A DNA stretch of 64,000 nucleotides from Candidatus Thorarchaeota archaeon (GTDB lineage: Archaea; Asgardarchaeota; Thorarchaeia; Thorarchaeales; Thorarchaeaceae): assembly GCA_029855935.1 (NCBI GenBank), contig JAGSHN010000012.1, forward strand, positions 272,869 through 336,868. The letters are read 5' to 3'. Under the pieces are notes generated by a model that saw nothing but the letters and a program-made list of their open reading frames with translations, was not told the DNA's origin and made no database searches. Positions 1 to 8,957 of the stretch are shown in pieces; position 1 is the first letter of the stretch, and each line of letters starts with the position of its first letter. Both the position numbers and the translations under genes were made by a program.

Positions 1-353
1 GGATCGTCCCTGGCATTCTTCAGGTACCACTCTCGGTACAGAGCATGGAAGGTGGGTCCGCCCCTTCTGACCTCATCGTGGTCAATCAGGTCGTCGTGCA
101 GGAGTGACCCGTTGTGCAGCATCTCCATTGCACACGCAGCCCTGTACAGATGCTTCATGTCCACTCCCTCTCGCACCGCCTTGTAGGCGCTGACAACCAT
201 CACAGGACGGAGTCGCTTTCCGCCGCGCATCAGGTACTCTCGTATGTTTGAGTAGTATAGGGCATGTACCGGACTGAGCCTCTTGGCCTCTTCTATACGC
301 ATCGTGAGGTACTCATCAAGTGCACTGTTCACCCGCTCAATCTCGCTCTTCAT
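1..353 (-). CDS. Polyprenyl (geranylgeranyl) diphosphate synthase, partial (N-terminal part; runs off the window start)
   Basis: Reverse-strand translation from ATG at 353: MKSEIERVNSALDEYL...GGKRLRPVMVV...LLHDDLIDHDEVRRGGPTFH. The KRLRP and first DDxxD (FARM) motifs are those of trans-isoprenyl diphosphate synthases. The reading frame is open to position 1. Confidence 0.7.
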   Translation of the reverse strand, partial: MKSEIERVNSALDEYLTMRIEEAKRLSPVHALYYSNIREYLMRGGKRLRPVMVVSAYKAVREGVDMKHLYRAACAMEMLHNGSLLHDDLIDHDEVRRGGPTFHALYREWYLKNARDD

Positions 354-495
354 CAGGCTGTCGAAATCCGCCAAATCGTAACCTCACTTCTTTCTACAAG
401 CCACCAGCAGCCTTGCCACCTTTTTTAGCCTTTCGAGGAATGTCGAACAATAGTTCACAAAGGAACGATTGGCGGCTACCGGTCCTCAGGGTCAC

Positions 496-1410
496 TCAGA
501 CGTAGAGCGTGCCTCTGAGCATGACTACACCCGTCCCGCTGACCTTCACCTGCTTTATCTCGCTTGAGTCGCCTTGGACCTCCACATAGATCTTGCCCGG
601 CCTCTGGACGAAGTGGCCCTGTTCAACCACTATGCTCGTCACTGGTATAGTGACATCGAAGAGGCCGTACTTGATGAGATAGGCGCCCATGCTCCCCGCC
701 GCAGACCCTGTGACAGGGTCCTCATTGATTCCAAGTGTCGGGGCAAAGTGTCTGACGTGGACATCAGATGTTGGCTCAAGAGTTTCTCTTGTGAAGACCT
801 GTACGGAGACCCAGTCTGCATCCTTTTGCAGCTCAACAAGCCGCGGCCAGTCCGGCCGTACGCGTTCGAGCGCCTTCATAGTGCTGACAGGCACCATGAG
901 CTGTGGTGTTCCTGTGCTCACAGTCTGCACAGGATAGGGCGACATTATGTCCGCTAGGGTGAGACCAAGTGACTCTGCGACGTCCTTGGGGTCATAAGTT
1001 CTCAAGAACTTCGGACTCTCGTGCGTGACCTGAACTTCGTGCAGGCCTGATGTTTCATTCTTGATGACCTCTACCTCGAGAACGCCCGCGAGGGTTTCAA
1101 GGGTGTACAGGTTGACATCCCTGACTACCTCGATGAAGCCCTCGTGTGCCAGTGCGGTGAACCCGGCGACCGTGAGGTGCCCCGAGAACGGGACCTCTCC
1201 GCTGGGTGCCATGAACCTGAACATATAGTCTGCTATCTCGGAGTTGTATACGAACACGCACTCCTCAGCTGGTGTTTCTTGGACAATCTTCTCAATTGCA
1301 GAGCTCCTCAGCCTCTCAGCTCCAAGTACCACGAACCCTGGGTTTCCCCCAAAGGGCCGATCCGTATACGCGTCCACCTGCAGGACAGTTATCTCCTGTC
1401 GATATCTCAT
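496..1410 (-). CDS. PhzF-family isomerase (phenazine biosynthesis-like / DAP epimerase fold)
   Basis: 304 aa; N-terminal VDAYTDRPFGGNPGFVV and C-terminal RHFAPTLGINEDPVTGSAAGSMGAYL are characteristic of PhzF/YddE family proteins. Confidence 0.8.
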   Translation of the reverse strand: MRYRQEITVLQVDAYTDRPFGGNPGFVVLGAERLRSSAIEKIVQETPAEECVFVYNSEIADYMFRFMAPSGEVPFSGHLTVAGFTALAHEGFIEVVRDVNLYTLETLAGVLEVEVIKNETSGLHEVQVTHESPKFLRTYDPKDVAESLGLTLADIMSPYPVQTVSTGTPQLMVPVSTMKALERVRPDWPRLVELQKDADWVSVQVFTRETLEPTSDVHVRHFAPTLGINEDPVTGSAAGSMGAYLIKYGLFDVTIPVTSIVVEQGHFVQRPGKIYVEVQGDSSEIKQVKVSGTGVVMLRGTLYV

Positions 1411-1639
1411 TCCTCTTGTCGCCGAGTCTAGCTGTGGTGCCCCTGGCTAATTAACACTCGCCATGGACCTCAAACCAGCGACCATATGAGCGGACGGAGG
1501 ATTCGGACATCGAATCAAAACGGAGATGAGGGAAAAGGTGGCGGGTCGTGGGTAATCGGTAGGAGGGGGAGTTTCGTAATTGAGGGCATGTAACGAAAAA
1601 CTAGCCCACGCACCCGCCTTTCTTAGGCCGCATTTCTCT

Positions 1640-1729
1640 CTTTTTCACTCACCCTCTCGTTTTCTCTTACCATCATAATGTCTACTTTTTCCTACTTAAG
1701 GCTACCGCACTGCCTTCTTTGTTGCAATA
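1640..1729 (+). promoter_or_regulatory. AT-rich putative promoter region upstream of the PHP surface-protein gene (divergent from PhzF)
   Basis: Locally AT-rich stretch (tctctttttcactcaccc...tctacttttt cctacttaag) in an otherwise GC-rich genome, directly 5' of the 1817 start codon. Confidence 0.3.
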
Positions 1730-1816
1730 ATGGCGACAGTGCAGCCTCGTAGGACCTGTTGTGCATCAACAATCTTTATGTCCTGCCGAGCGGCGAGGGG
1801 GCGTGCTGGTGCACAT

Positions 1817-4240
1817 ATGTCGCGTCGAACTATGCTGGTTCTGTCCTGGATAGTTTCAGGCCTGCTCATTGTCACGATGGTCATGCCGACGCAGCAGGCG
1901 GCACAGGTGGGGCTGCAACCTCCCCTCGCCAACATCATGATGACATCATCCTTCGAACCCGCAAGGATTCTGTTTGATGAGAGTCACACTGCCAATGCCA
2001 GTAGTCTCTGGGCGCCAGGCAACGCCTCGCTATTCAGCTGGATGTTGGGCGTCAACGGTTACAACTCGTCGACTAACTTTGACGAACCTCTGGACTCTGG
2101 CATCTTGGCATCGTACGATGTCCTTGTCATCTTCTTCCCGATGAGGCCACTGTCTTCCAGTGAGATCTCGGCTGTGCACTCGTTTGTCGAGAACGGCGGT
2201 GGTCTTCTTATGGTCGGGGTTGACGGACAGAACTGGTGGGGCTTCTCCTCGACTAATCTCAATCCTCTGGCACAGGACTATGGGATACAGTTCAACATGG
2301 ATCAGATAACGGTTGAGACGACGGACTTCGAGGACCACAACATCACGACTGACGTCTCGACGCTCTCTCTTGACGCCGACCAGCTCTGGGGTTGCTCTCT
2401 CGACGTGTCCTCACCTGCTCAGGTGGTTGTCCGGGCAGACGGGAAGCCCGTGGTTGCGGTCTCTGGGTCAGGACTGGGGCGTGTCGTAGCTGTTGGCTCC
2501 CCCGCACCGTTCCTTATGTACCGAAAGGGGGCGAGCAGCGTTGGCCCCTCACACTTCCAGTTCAGCCTCAACGTGATCGACTGGTTGGCAGGCAATCCAC
2601 AGCGAGAGGCTGAGGTACCAGAGATCGCCACAATAATAGTGGGAGACGGTCCATCACTCACGGCAGAGGAGATTGAGGAGTACCACGCCTTTGTGGGGCT
2701 CTACCACGATCACACAACGCACAGTGATGGCCAGAACACCGTCGAGGAGATGCTTGAGGCTGGTCTGAACAAGGCTCTCGATTTTATGATACTCACCGAC
2801 CACTCCTATGACAAACCTGCTCCGAAGGGTGGAATGACCGGCGGTGCTGCCGCGAGGGCCATTGCAAACCGCTATGGTCTGGACATCGTGGAGATCCCGG
2901 GTGCCGAACTCTCATCTGTCCTTCACACCACGGGATGGCCGCTGCAGCACAACGTCTACACCTCCGACCAGCAAGAGGCTGTCGATGGCATCCATACCCA
3001 AGGCGCTCTGGCCACATTCGCTCATCCTACGATTGATCCTAGATATGCGGCGGGCTATGTGAGATATTACGACTATGGTTTCGATGCAATCGAGGTTGAC
3101 AACTCGGGCTTCTTCTACGGAGATGGTGAGGATGGCTACTCGAAGAACTTCCTAGGTGCAAGTGACGGTCATCGGGCGTCACTTGTTGGCCTCATGATGA
3201 ATGTGGCCTTTGTAAAGAATCCAACAGGTCCTCACGGTACGGTGACGGCCGCAGACCTGATGGACGCAGTCCGGAACAGACGCATTGTCATTCTCGACCG
3301 CTTCAACAACCTCGTCTATGGCCAGCGTGTCTGGGTCGAACGCTATCTCGAGATGACGGATGAGGCGGCCTCAGCAATTGGGTCTACGGAGTCGCTGTTG
3401 ACCTCTCTTGAGGACAACGGAGTCTCGGTGGGGCTGTCAAGGTACTATCTTGAGGCAGCCAGAAATGCCCTCGACTCGTGGAATCCGGCACGTGCGCTGA
3501 GGTACATCGCCAACGCCACATCGGAGATTGCACTCAATCTTGACCTAAGCTTTGCCATTCCCAACTACGTGGAACCGAACAGCAACTTTGAGCTCACAAT
3601 CTCGCTTGAGAACAATCTCACAAGCACAGTGTCCATCAACACGACAGTCTTCGCCATGTCGAGCGTGACCCCTGACCCTGTGAACCAAGTCGCCACAGTC
3701 GAGGCAAAGTCGTCGACCTCCATCGTGCGTCAGTGCATGACCGACTCCTCAGGCATTGCGACATTCTGGCTGAATGTCCCATCAATCGATGCTGGCGCCT
3801 ATCTGATGCCGGTGCTCCTCCGCAAGCGCCTGCCGATAGACAACGTCACGTGGACTCTTCGCAGCGACGACGACGGGTATAGGGTCGAGATTCGATGGTA
3901 TTCGGACTCGGAGGCCAAGACTATGGTCCAGAACGCATACATCCACTACAATGACGGCTCTGGAAACACCAGTCAAAAGATGGAGCGCGACTGGAACTGG
4001 TTCACGGCTGTTCTCGGCCCGTATCCTGTGTCCACAGAGATAGTATTCCACATTGAGATCGTGGACTTCACAGGTCAGTCGACCAATCTACCTGAGTACA
4101 ATATGACAGTTGGCCCCACCACCTCGGGCCCACCATCCGGCCTGCTCGGCACTCTGTCGAATCCTCTGGTCCTCGGGGGAATCGGTGCCGCAGTGGTGGT
4201 GTTAGTCGCAATGGTAGTCATCGTGAAACGGAAGCATTGA
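1817..4240 (+). CDS. Secreted/membrane-anchored PHP-domain phosphoesterase with N-glycosylation-rich ectodomain and C-terminal TM anchor
   Basis: ORF 1730..4240; likely start at 1817 (MSRRTMLVLSWIVSGLLIVTMVMP, signal/TM). PHP-domain His/Asp motifs: HDHTTHSDGQNTVEEM, ILTDH, FAHPT, EVDNSG, SDGH. Many N-x-S/T sequons. C-terminal hydrophobic anchor LVLGGIGAAVVVLVAMVVIVKRKH. Confidence 0.55.
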   Translation: MSRRTMLVLSWIVSGLLIVTMVMPTQQAAQVGLQPPLANIMMTSSFEPARILFDESHTANASSLWAPGNASLFSWMLGVNGYNSSTNFDEPLDSGILASYDVLVIFFPMRPLSSSEISAVHSFVENGGGLLMVGVDGQNWWGFSSTNLNPLAQDYGIQFNMDQITVETTDFEDHNITTDVSTLSLDADQLWGCSLDVSSPAQVVVRADGKPVVAVSGSGLGRVVAVGSPAPFLMYRKGASSVGPSHFQFSLNVIDWLAGNPQREAEVPEIATIIVGDGPSLTAEEIEEYHAFVGLYHDHTTHSDGQNTVEEMLEAGLNKALDFMILTDHSYDKPAPKGGMTGGAAARAIANRYGLDIVEIPGAELSSVLHTTGWPLQHNVYTSDQQEAVDGIHTQGALATFAHPTIDPRYAAGYVRYYDYGFDAIEVDNSGFFYGDGEDGYSKNFLGASDGHRASLVGLMMNVAFVKNPTGPHGTVTAADLMDAVRNRRIVILDRFNNLVYGQRVWVERYLEMTDEAASAIGSTESLLTSLEDNGVSVGLSRYYLEAARNALDSWNPARALRYIANATSEIALNLDLSFAIPNYVEPNSNFELTISLENNLTSTVSINTTVFAMSSVTPDPVNQVATVEAKSSTSIVRQCMTDSSGIATFWLNVPSIDAGAYLMPVLLRKRLPIDNVTWTLRSDDDGYRVEIRWYSDSEAKTMVQNAYIHYNDGSGNTSQKMERDWNWFTAVLGPYPVSTEIVFHIEIVDFTGQSTNLPEYNMTVGPTTSGPPSGLLGTLSNPLVLGGIGAAVVVLVAMVVIVKRKH

Positions 4241-4254
4241 GCAAGCTGTGAGTG

Positions 4255-4280
4255 ACCGGACGCATGGAGATGCGTTCGGT
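4255..4280 (+). terminator. Stem-loop immediately 3' of the PHP-protein gene (possible transcript end/attenuator)
   Basis: Inverted repeat accggacgcat-ggag-atgcgttcggt (11-bp stem, one G.T) starting 15 nt after the TGA at 4238-4240. Confidence 0.3.
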
Positions 4281-4337
4281 CAACACTTAATTTATGCGAG
4301 CGCCATCAATAGGCCATAGACCGCGACCGAGGGATAT

Positions 4338-5015
4338 GTGTTGAGTACTCTGGATGAGAGACCATTGGGCAAGCTCTTTGACCTTGTGCTCCAGGTCCTG
4401 TGGCAGGATCAGCTCCAGGTCTGGCAGGAAATACGCAAGCGGCTCGACTCGGAGGGCACCGACGCTGTGCGCTCAGCCTTCGAGGAGGCCCGAGGCCGGC
4501 TGCTGAACGACGTACTAGAGGATCACATCGAGGTACGGTGGGGGATGAACCTCTGTCCCCTGTGCAATGACAGCAATGTAGAGAAGAACGGTATCGCCTA
4601 TGTTGCGCCCAACGGTGATGGCCTTGAGTTCAATCAATGTCTGAACTGTAGGATTGGCATACTCTATGCGCTCGTTTCTGCAAATGCGACAATGGACACC
4701 TACACAATAGGTCTTGGTGCTCCCGACCAGTTCAATGGCATGAGTTTCTACTGGGACGCTGTTGTCCCCACCGAACTGGGACAGTTTTGGCCGCTCTACG
4801 AGATTATCCAACAGGGCCAATGGCTTGGTACGGTGTCCTTTGACGAGAGCGTGAGTCCGAGATATCTCCCCTTCTCCTCGATGAAGCATGGAGTACCTCG
4901 TGGGTCCGCTGATCCTTGGACCACTGACATCCCGGATGACGTGAGAGCAGCGATTGACGAGTTTCTGGTTGCAGCGCGTCATCAGGTGGAAGTGGCACTG
5001 GCCCTTCGGCCATAG
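4338..5015 (+). CDS. Hypothetical protein with CxxC...CxxC zinc-ribbon-like motif
   Basis: 225-aa ORF with CPLCNDSN...CLNCRIG; no family recognised. Confidence 0.4.
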   Translation: MLSTLDERPLGKLFDLVLQVLWQDQLQVWQEIRKRLDSEGTDAVRSAFEEARGRLLNDVLEDHIEVRWGMNLCPLCNDSNVEKNGIAYVAPNGDGLEFNQCLNCRIGILYALVSANATMDTYTIGLGAPDQFNGMSFYWDAVVPTELGQFWPLYEIIQQGQWLGTVSFDESVSPRYLPFSSMKHGVPRGSADPWTTDIPDDVRAAIDEFLVAARHQVEVALALRP

Positions 5016-5026
5016 TCTGTCTGCTG

Positions 5027-5353
5027 GTGAGGCTGTTGCCATCGGAGAAGCTGGTCAGGGATCGAATACCGGACATCATTAGACGCAATGGTGACCAGCC
5101 TGTCGTACGGAGGGCCCGCCCTGAGGAACTGGACCTTCTGCTGCGAGAGAAGATTGTCGAGGAGGCCCAGGAACTACTCGCATCAGGTGCGAACGAAGAG
5201 ATTGCAGACATCCTAGAGGCCCTCTATGCTCTGCTGGAGCACAGAGGCGTCACGCGGGCGGAGGTCGAGACGCTGCGCCTCAACAAGGAGCGAGCACGTG
5301 GAGGCTTTCGGGAGGGATACGTGCTGGAGATGCCCGACGAGAGTGAGATCTGA
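5027..5353 (+). CDS. MazG-like / phosphoribosyl-ATP pyrophosphohydrolase-like nucleotide pyrophosphohydrolase
   Basis: 108 aa; EKLVRDRIPDII...EE..EL typical of small all-alpha NTP pyrophosphohydrolases (MazG/HisE-like). Confidence 0.5.
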   Translation: MRLLPSEKLVRDRIPDIIRRNGDQPVVRRARPEELDLLLREKIVEEAQELLASGANEEIADILEALYALLEHRGVTRAEVETLRLNKERARGGFREGYVLEMPDESEI

Positions 5354-5398
5354 CTTTCCCCTCACATCACTTATCATACTCTGAATCATCGGACAAAG

Positions 5399-5465
5399 GT
5401 TATATCCTGTCACGGCCCGTGTTGTGACAGTTACCACTCCGTTCAGTGGTGGTATTGTATAACGA
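5399..5465 (+). promoter_or_regulatory. Putative promoter/operator upstream of the radical SAM gene
   Basis: TATA-like ttatat and ttgtataa segments plus two short hairpins (ctgtcac-N10-gtgacag; ccact-N5-cagtgg) in the 112-nt intergenic gap. Confidence 0.25.
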
Positions 5466-7133
5466 TTGTGGAGAGTCACAAGCATGGAGATCAAACTCGA
5501 ACCAATTCCTCCGCAGCCGCTCTCACACACCTATGGCGGCAAACCCATCTCGAGATATAAGATACAGAGGTACGAACCGCATACCCTGCCCTACACCACT
5601 CAGTCGATATGTCCTGAATGTCTCATGACTGAGGACAGTGTCCACGTGATTGACGCTCTCATCTATGAGGAAGACGGCAAGGTGATGATGAAAAAGACCT
5701 GCGAGAAGCATGGGGAGTTCATCGATGTATATTGGGGCGATGTCGAGATGTGGCGGAGGGCCCAGAAGTACTGGTTCAAGTCAGTGGGCCTCGACAACCC
5801 GCGTACGGAGACCGTCAACGGCTGTCCGAATGACTGCGGGCAGTGTCCCGAGCACAAGTCGCACACAGCACTGGCCCTACTAGATGTCACAAATAGGTGT
5901 AACCTGCGTTGCCCAATCTGTTTCGCCCACGCTGCGGAGTCAGGAACCGTCTATGAGCCGACTCCCGAGGAGGTCATAGAGATGTTGAAGAACCTCCGCA
6001 GCAACCTGCCAGTTCCGGCTCCTGCCATCCAGTTCGCGGGCGGTGAGCCGACCGTGAGCAAGTATCTTCCACAATACATTCGCTGGGCCAAGCAGGTTGG
6101 CTTCCGTCACGTGCAGATTGCAAGCAACGCCATCCGACTTGGTCGGAGCCTGGAGTACACAAGAGAGCTCAGGGAGGCAGGACTATCGACCGTCTACATG
6201 CAGTTTGACGGAGTCACCCCTGAGCCGTATCTTGCAGCCAGAGGCACAAACCTGCTGCCAGTCAAGCTTCAGGCCATCGAGAACTGTCGCCAAGTCGGGC
6301 TTGACTCACTTGTCCTCGTACCCACTGTGGTTCGAGGTGTCAACGATGACCAGCTTGGCAGAATCATCGAGTTTGCTGTGGAGAATCACGATGTCATCAG
6401 ATGTGTCAATTTCCAGCCTGTCAGCATTACTGGTCGAATCGACTATTCGCAGCGTCGTGAGATGAGAATCACAATCCCAGACTGCATCCATCTCATTGAG
6501 GAGCAGACTGGTGGCAAGATTCCCGCATCTGCTTGGTACCCCGTTCCCTCAATGATGCCGGTCGGTCGTGCGATTGGCCTGATGAAAGGCTCCCCGCAGC
6601 TTGAGCTCAGCTCGCACTTTGCCTGCGGGATGTCGACCTTCCTCTGGGTCAACGAAGACGGTACGTACGAGCCGATAACGAACCTGATCAACGTTGACAA
6701 GTTCATCGAGATACTGTCCGACATTGCAGATCTCTTCGCCGAGGGCAAGAGGGCTGCCAGTGCGCGAGCGAAGGCCAAACTGGCGGGTAGCGTGCGGCAC
6801 ATCAAGCGTAAGGGTCTCATCAAGGACCTGTTGAACGCGTTCCTCTCACGCGGCGACTATGACTCGTTGTCGAAGTTTATGGAGCGCGTCATTATGATTG
6901 GTATGATGCACTTTATGGATCCATACAACTTCGACCTCGAACGTGTCCAGCATTGCGACATCAACTACTCGGTGCCGGATGGCAGGATAATCCCATTCTG
7001 CACAATGAACACGATTCACCGTTCGAGAATTGAGAAGAAGTTCGCCGTGACCATAGACGAGTGGCGCGCACGGCACAGACCCGACAAAGTTGAGGAGGAC
7101 AGCATCTCCAACCCATTCCAGGGTGTCGAGTGA
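5466..7133 (+). CDS. Radical SAM enzyme with N-terminal rubredoxin-like Cys module; architecture resembles archaeal tetraether lipid synthase (Tes/GDGT-MAS)
   Basis: 555 aa. N-terminal CPEC...CEKH (Cys3His/Cys4 ribbon). Two CX3CX2C motifs: GCPNDCGQC and CNLRCPIC, the latter followed by a GGEP-type SAM-binding segment (FAGGEPTV). Additional C-terminal cysteines for an auxiliary cluster. Confidence 0.7.
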   Translation: MWRVTSMEIKLEPIPPQPLSHTYGGKPISRYKIQRYEPHTLPYTTQSICPECLMTEDSVHVIDALIYEEDGKVMMKKTCEKHGEFIDVYWGDVEMWRRAQKYWFKSVGLDNPRTETVNGCPNDCGQCPEHKSHTALALLDVTNRCNLRCPICFAHAAESGTVYEPTPEEVIEMLKNLRSNLPVPAPAIQFAGGEPTVSKYLPQYIRWAKQVGFRHVQIASNAIRLGRSLEYTRELREAGLSTVYMQFDGVTPEPYLAARGTNLLPVKLQAIENCRQVGLDSLVLVPTVVRGVNDDQLGRIIEFAVENHDVIRCVNFQPVSITGRIDYSQRREMRITIPDCIHLIEEQTGGKIPASAWYPVPSMMPVGRAIGLMKGSPQLELSSHFACGMSTFLWVNEDGTYEPITNLINVDKFIEILSDIADLFAEGKRAASARAKAKLAGSVRHIKRKGLIKDLLNAFLSRGDYDSLSKFMERVIMIGMMHFMDPYNFDLERVQHCDINYSVPDGRIIPFCTMNTIHRSRIEKKFAVTIDEWRARHRPDKVEEDSISNPFQGVE

Positions 7134-7468
7134 TCGTCATTCCTCTCCCTCTTCTTTCTTTGTGTGAGCCAGCTTGAGGGATATGTTACGCCGCATGCCT
7201 CACACGTTCTTGTGCGTGGCTTGTCCCTCTACTACTCCCTTCAGACACTTCACTCTCCGTCTAGCTGGCGGTGAAGATGGTGTACCATATCCAGCGCAGC
7301 AGTGATTCTCAAGCAGCTCCGTGAGAGCGAACGCCGCCCCGCGTGGTAACAAGACTCCTCTTCAGGCCCACGTTGGTCTTGCTCTGTTCTCGCGCAATCC
7401 TTAATTACTGCGGTGAGTCCACACTCCACGTTCACCATCACTGTTGAGTCCGAGCAGGGGCATAAGAA

Positions 7469-8920
7469 ATGAGCGAGTTTGAGCCTGTCAAGAATACCAG
7501 GAACATAATCCTGGCAGTTGTTGTGATTGCCGTCATCGGCGTGGCCGGTGTTGGCTTCATCTTCTTTGGTGGACTTGGTGGCCCGACCACAACCACCAGC
7601 ACCGAAGAGGAAGGGAATGTTCTTACGATTCTGACCAGGCACGAAGTTGCCATCCACAGAATATACGAACGGGCATTCCTAGCCACCGACTATGCCCAGG
7701 AACACGGAATCACTGACATAGTGTGGAAGACACCCTCTCCCGAGTACTGGGATGACCTCATTGATGCGGGTCAGATTGACGTCTGTTGGGGTGGCGGCCC
7801 TACGCTCTTTGACCAGCTAATGCGTGACAATCGTCTTGCTCCTCTGACCAGCGATCTGATGCAGCAGGCTGCAAGTCGTGTCAACGACTCCATAGCAGGC
7901 GCTGACATGAAACGATACGACTCACAGGGGCGCCTTATGTGGATTGCAGCTGCAATCTCATCGTTCGGGTTCACTGTCAACCACAAGTTCCTTGATGATC
8001 ACAGTCTGCCTGTGCCTCACACGTGGACCGACCTTGCGGACCCGGTCTATGGGAGTCTCCTGCCCACTGTACCGACCATAGCTATGGGCAACGCACCCGA
8101 CACCACATCCAACACTCGAATCTACGAGATCATCACTCAGGGACTGGGCTGGGACACCGGATGGGTCACGCTTGCCCGGATGGCGGGGAGCGCACGGATC
8201 TATCTCGGCTCTGTCGAGACGCAGTCGGCTGCAGAGACTGGACAGGTTGGAGTGTCTATGTCCATCGATTTCTACGGTTATACTACGCAGGCAAAGAATC
8301 CCGACTGTGAGTACATCCTTCCTGAGGGCCAGACCATAGTCAACGGTGACCCGGTCGCCATTGCAGCTACCACCTCTCACCAGGACTGGGCAGAAGGCTT
8401 CGTCGACTGGCTGCTCACACCGTACGCTCAGTCGCTGTGGCTGAACGAGGAGATCCTCCGAATGCCCGTTATGCGCGAGGCGTTTGACACACCTCTCGGC
8501 CAGCAGAATCTGCAGATGTATGCGACATTCAACAAGACCGTGAAGAATGTCGGAATCGACTTCAACGACACTCTGTCACTTGAGACCAATGCAGCGTTTG
8601 TGAAGTACTTCGAGTCTGTTTTCACCGATGCTCACACCGAGCTTGTGGACTGCTGGACCACGATAGTCCAGGCCTACTATGACGGCCATCTGAACGAGTC
8701 GGAGCTGGACTACTATGCTGGCCTGATGGGCAATCCCGTGACCGTGCAGGATCCAGACACAGGAGAGTTCCATCAGTTCACAATCGAGTACGCGACATCG
8801 ATAAACAACAAGATGATCTACGACAGCGTCTTCGCGTCGGAGATCCATGCACGGTGGACAGCCGCAGCAAAGGTCCAGTATCAGAATGTGATGCAGCAAG
8901 TTCAGGCATTGATATCATAG
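7469..8920 (+). CDS. ABC transporter substrate-binding protein (N-terminal TM anchor, extracytoplasmic)
   Basis: 483 aa; N-terminal hydrophobic helix NIILAVVVIAVIGVAGVGFIFF then a Thr-rich linker. First gene of a binding-protein/permease/ATPase operon. Confidence 0.6.
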   Translation: MSEFEPVKNTRNIILAVVVIAVIGVAGVGFIFFGGLGGPTTTTSTEEEGNVLTILTRHEVAIHRIYERAFLATDYAQEHGITDIVWKTPSPEYWDDLIDAGQIDVCWGGGPTLFDQLMRDNRLAPLTSDLMQQAASRVNDSIAGADMKRYDSQGRLMWIAAAISSFGFTVNHKFLDDHSLPVPHTWTDLADPVYGSLLPTVPTIAMGNAPDTTSNTRIYEIITQGLGWDTGWVTLARMAGSARIYLGSVETQSAAETGQVGVSMSIDFYGYTTQAKNPDCEYILPEGQTIVNGDPVAIAATTSHQDWAEGFVDWLLTPYAQSLWLNEEILRMPVMREAFDTPLGQQNLQMYATFNKTVKNVGIDFNDTLSLETNAAFVKYFESVFTDAHTELVDCWTTIVQAYYDGHLNESELDYYAGLMGNPVTVQDPDTGEFHQFTIEYATSINNKMIYDSVFASEIHARWTAAAKVQYQNVMQQVQALIS

Positions 8921-8957
8921 GAAGTGCGACCTGTATTGAGCTATTGAGGAACAGCCA

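Noticed and set aside
320-957. Plus-strand ORFs 320..505, 574..957 and 689..937
   Set aside because: They lie antisense to the GGPP-synthase fragment and the PhzF gene, which have clear family motifs. They are typical high-GC shadow ORFs.
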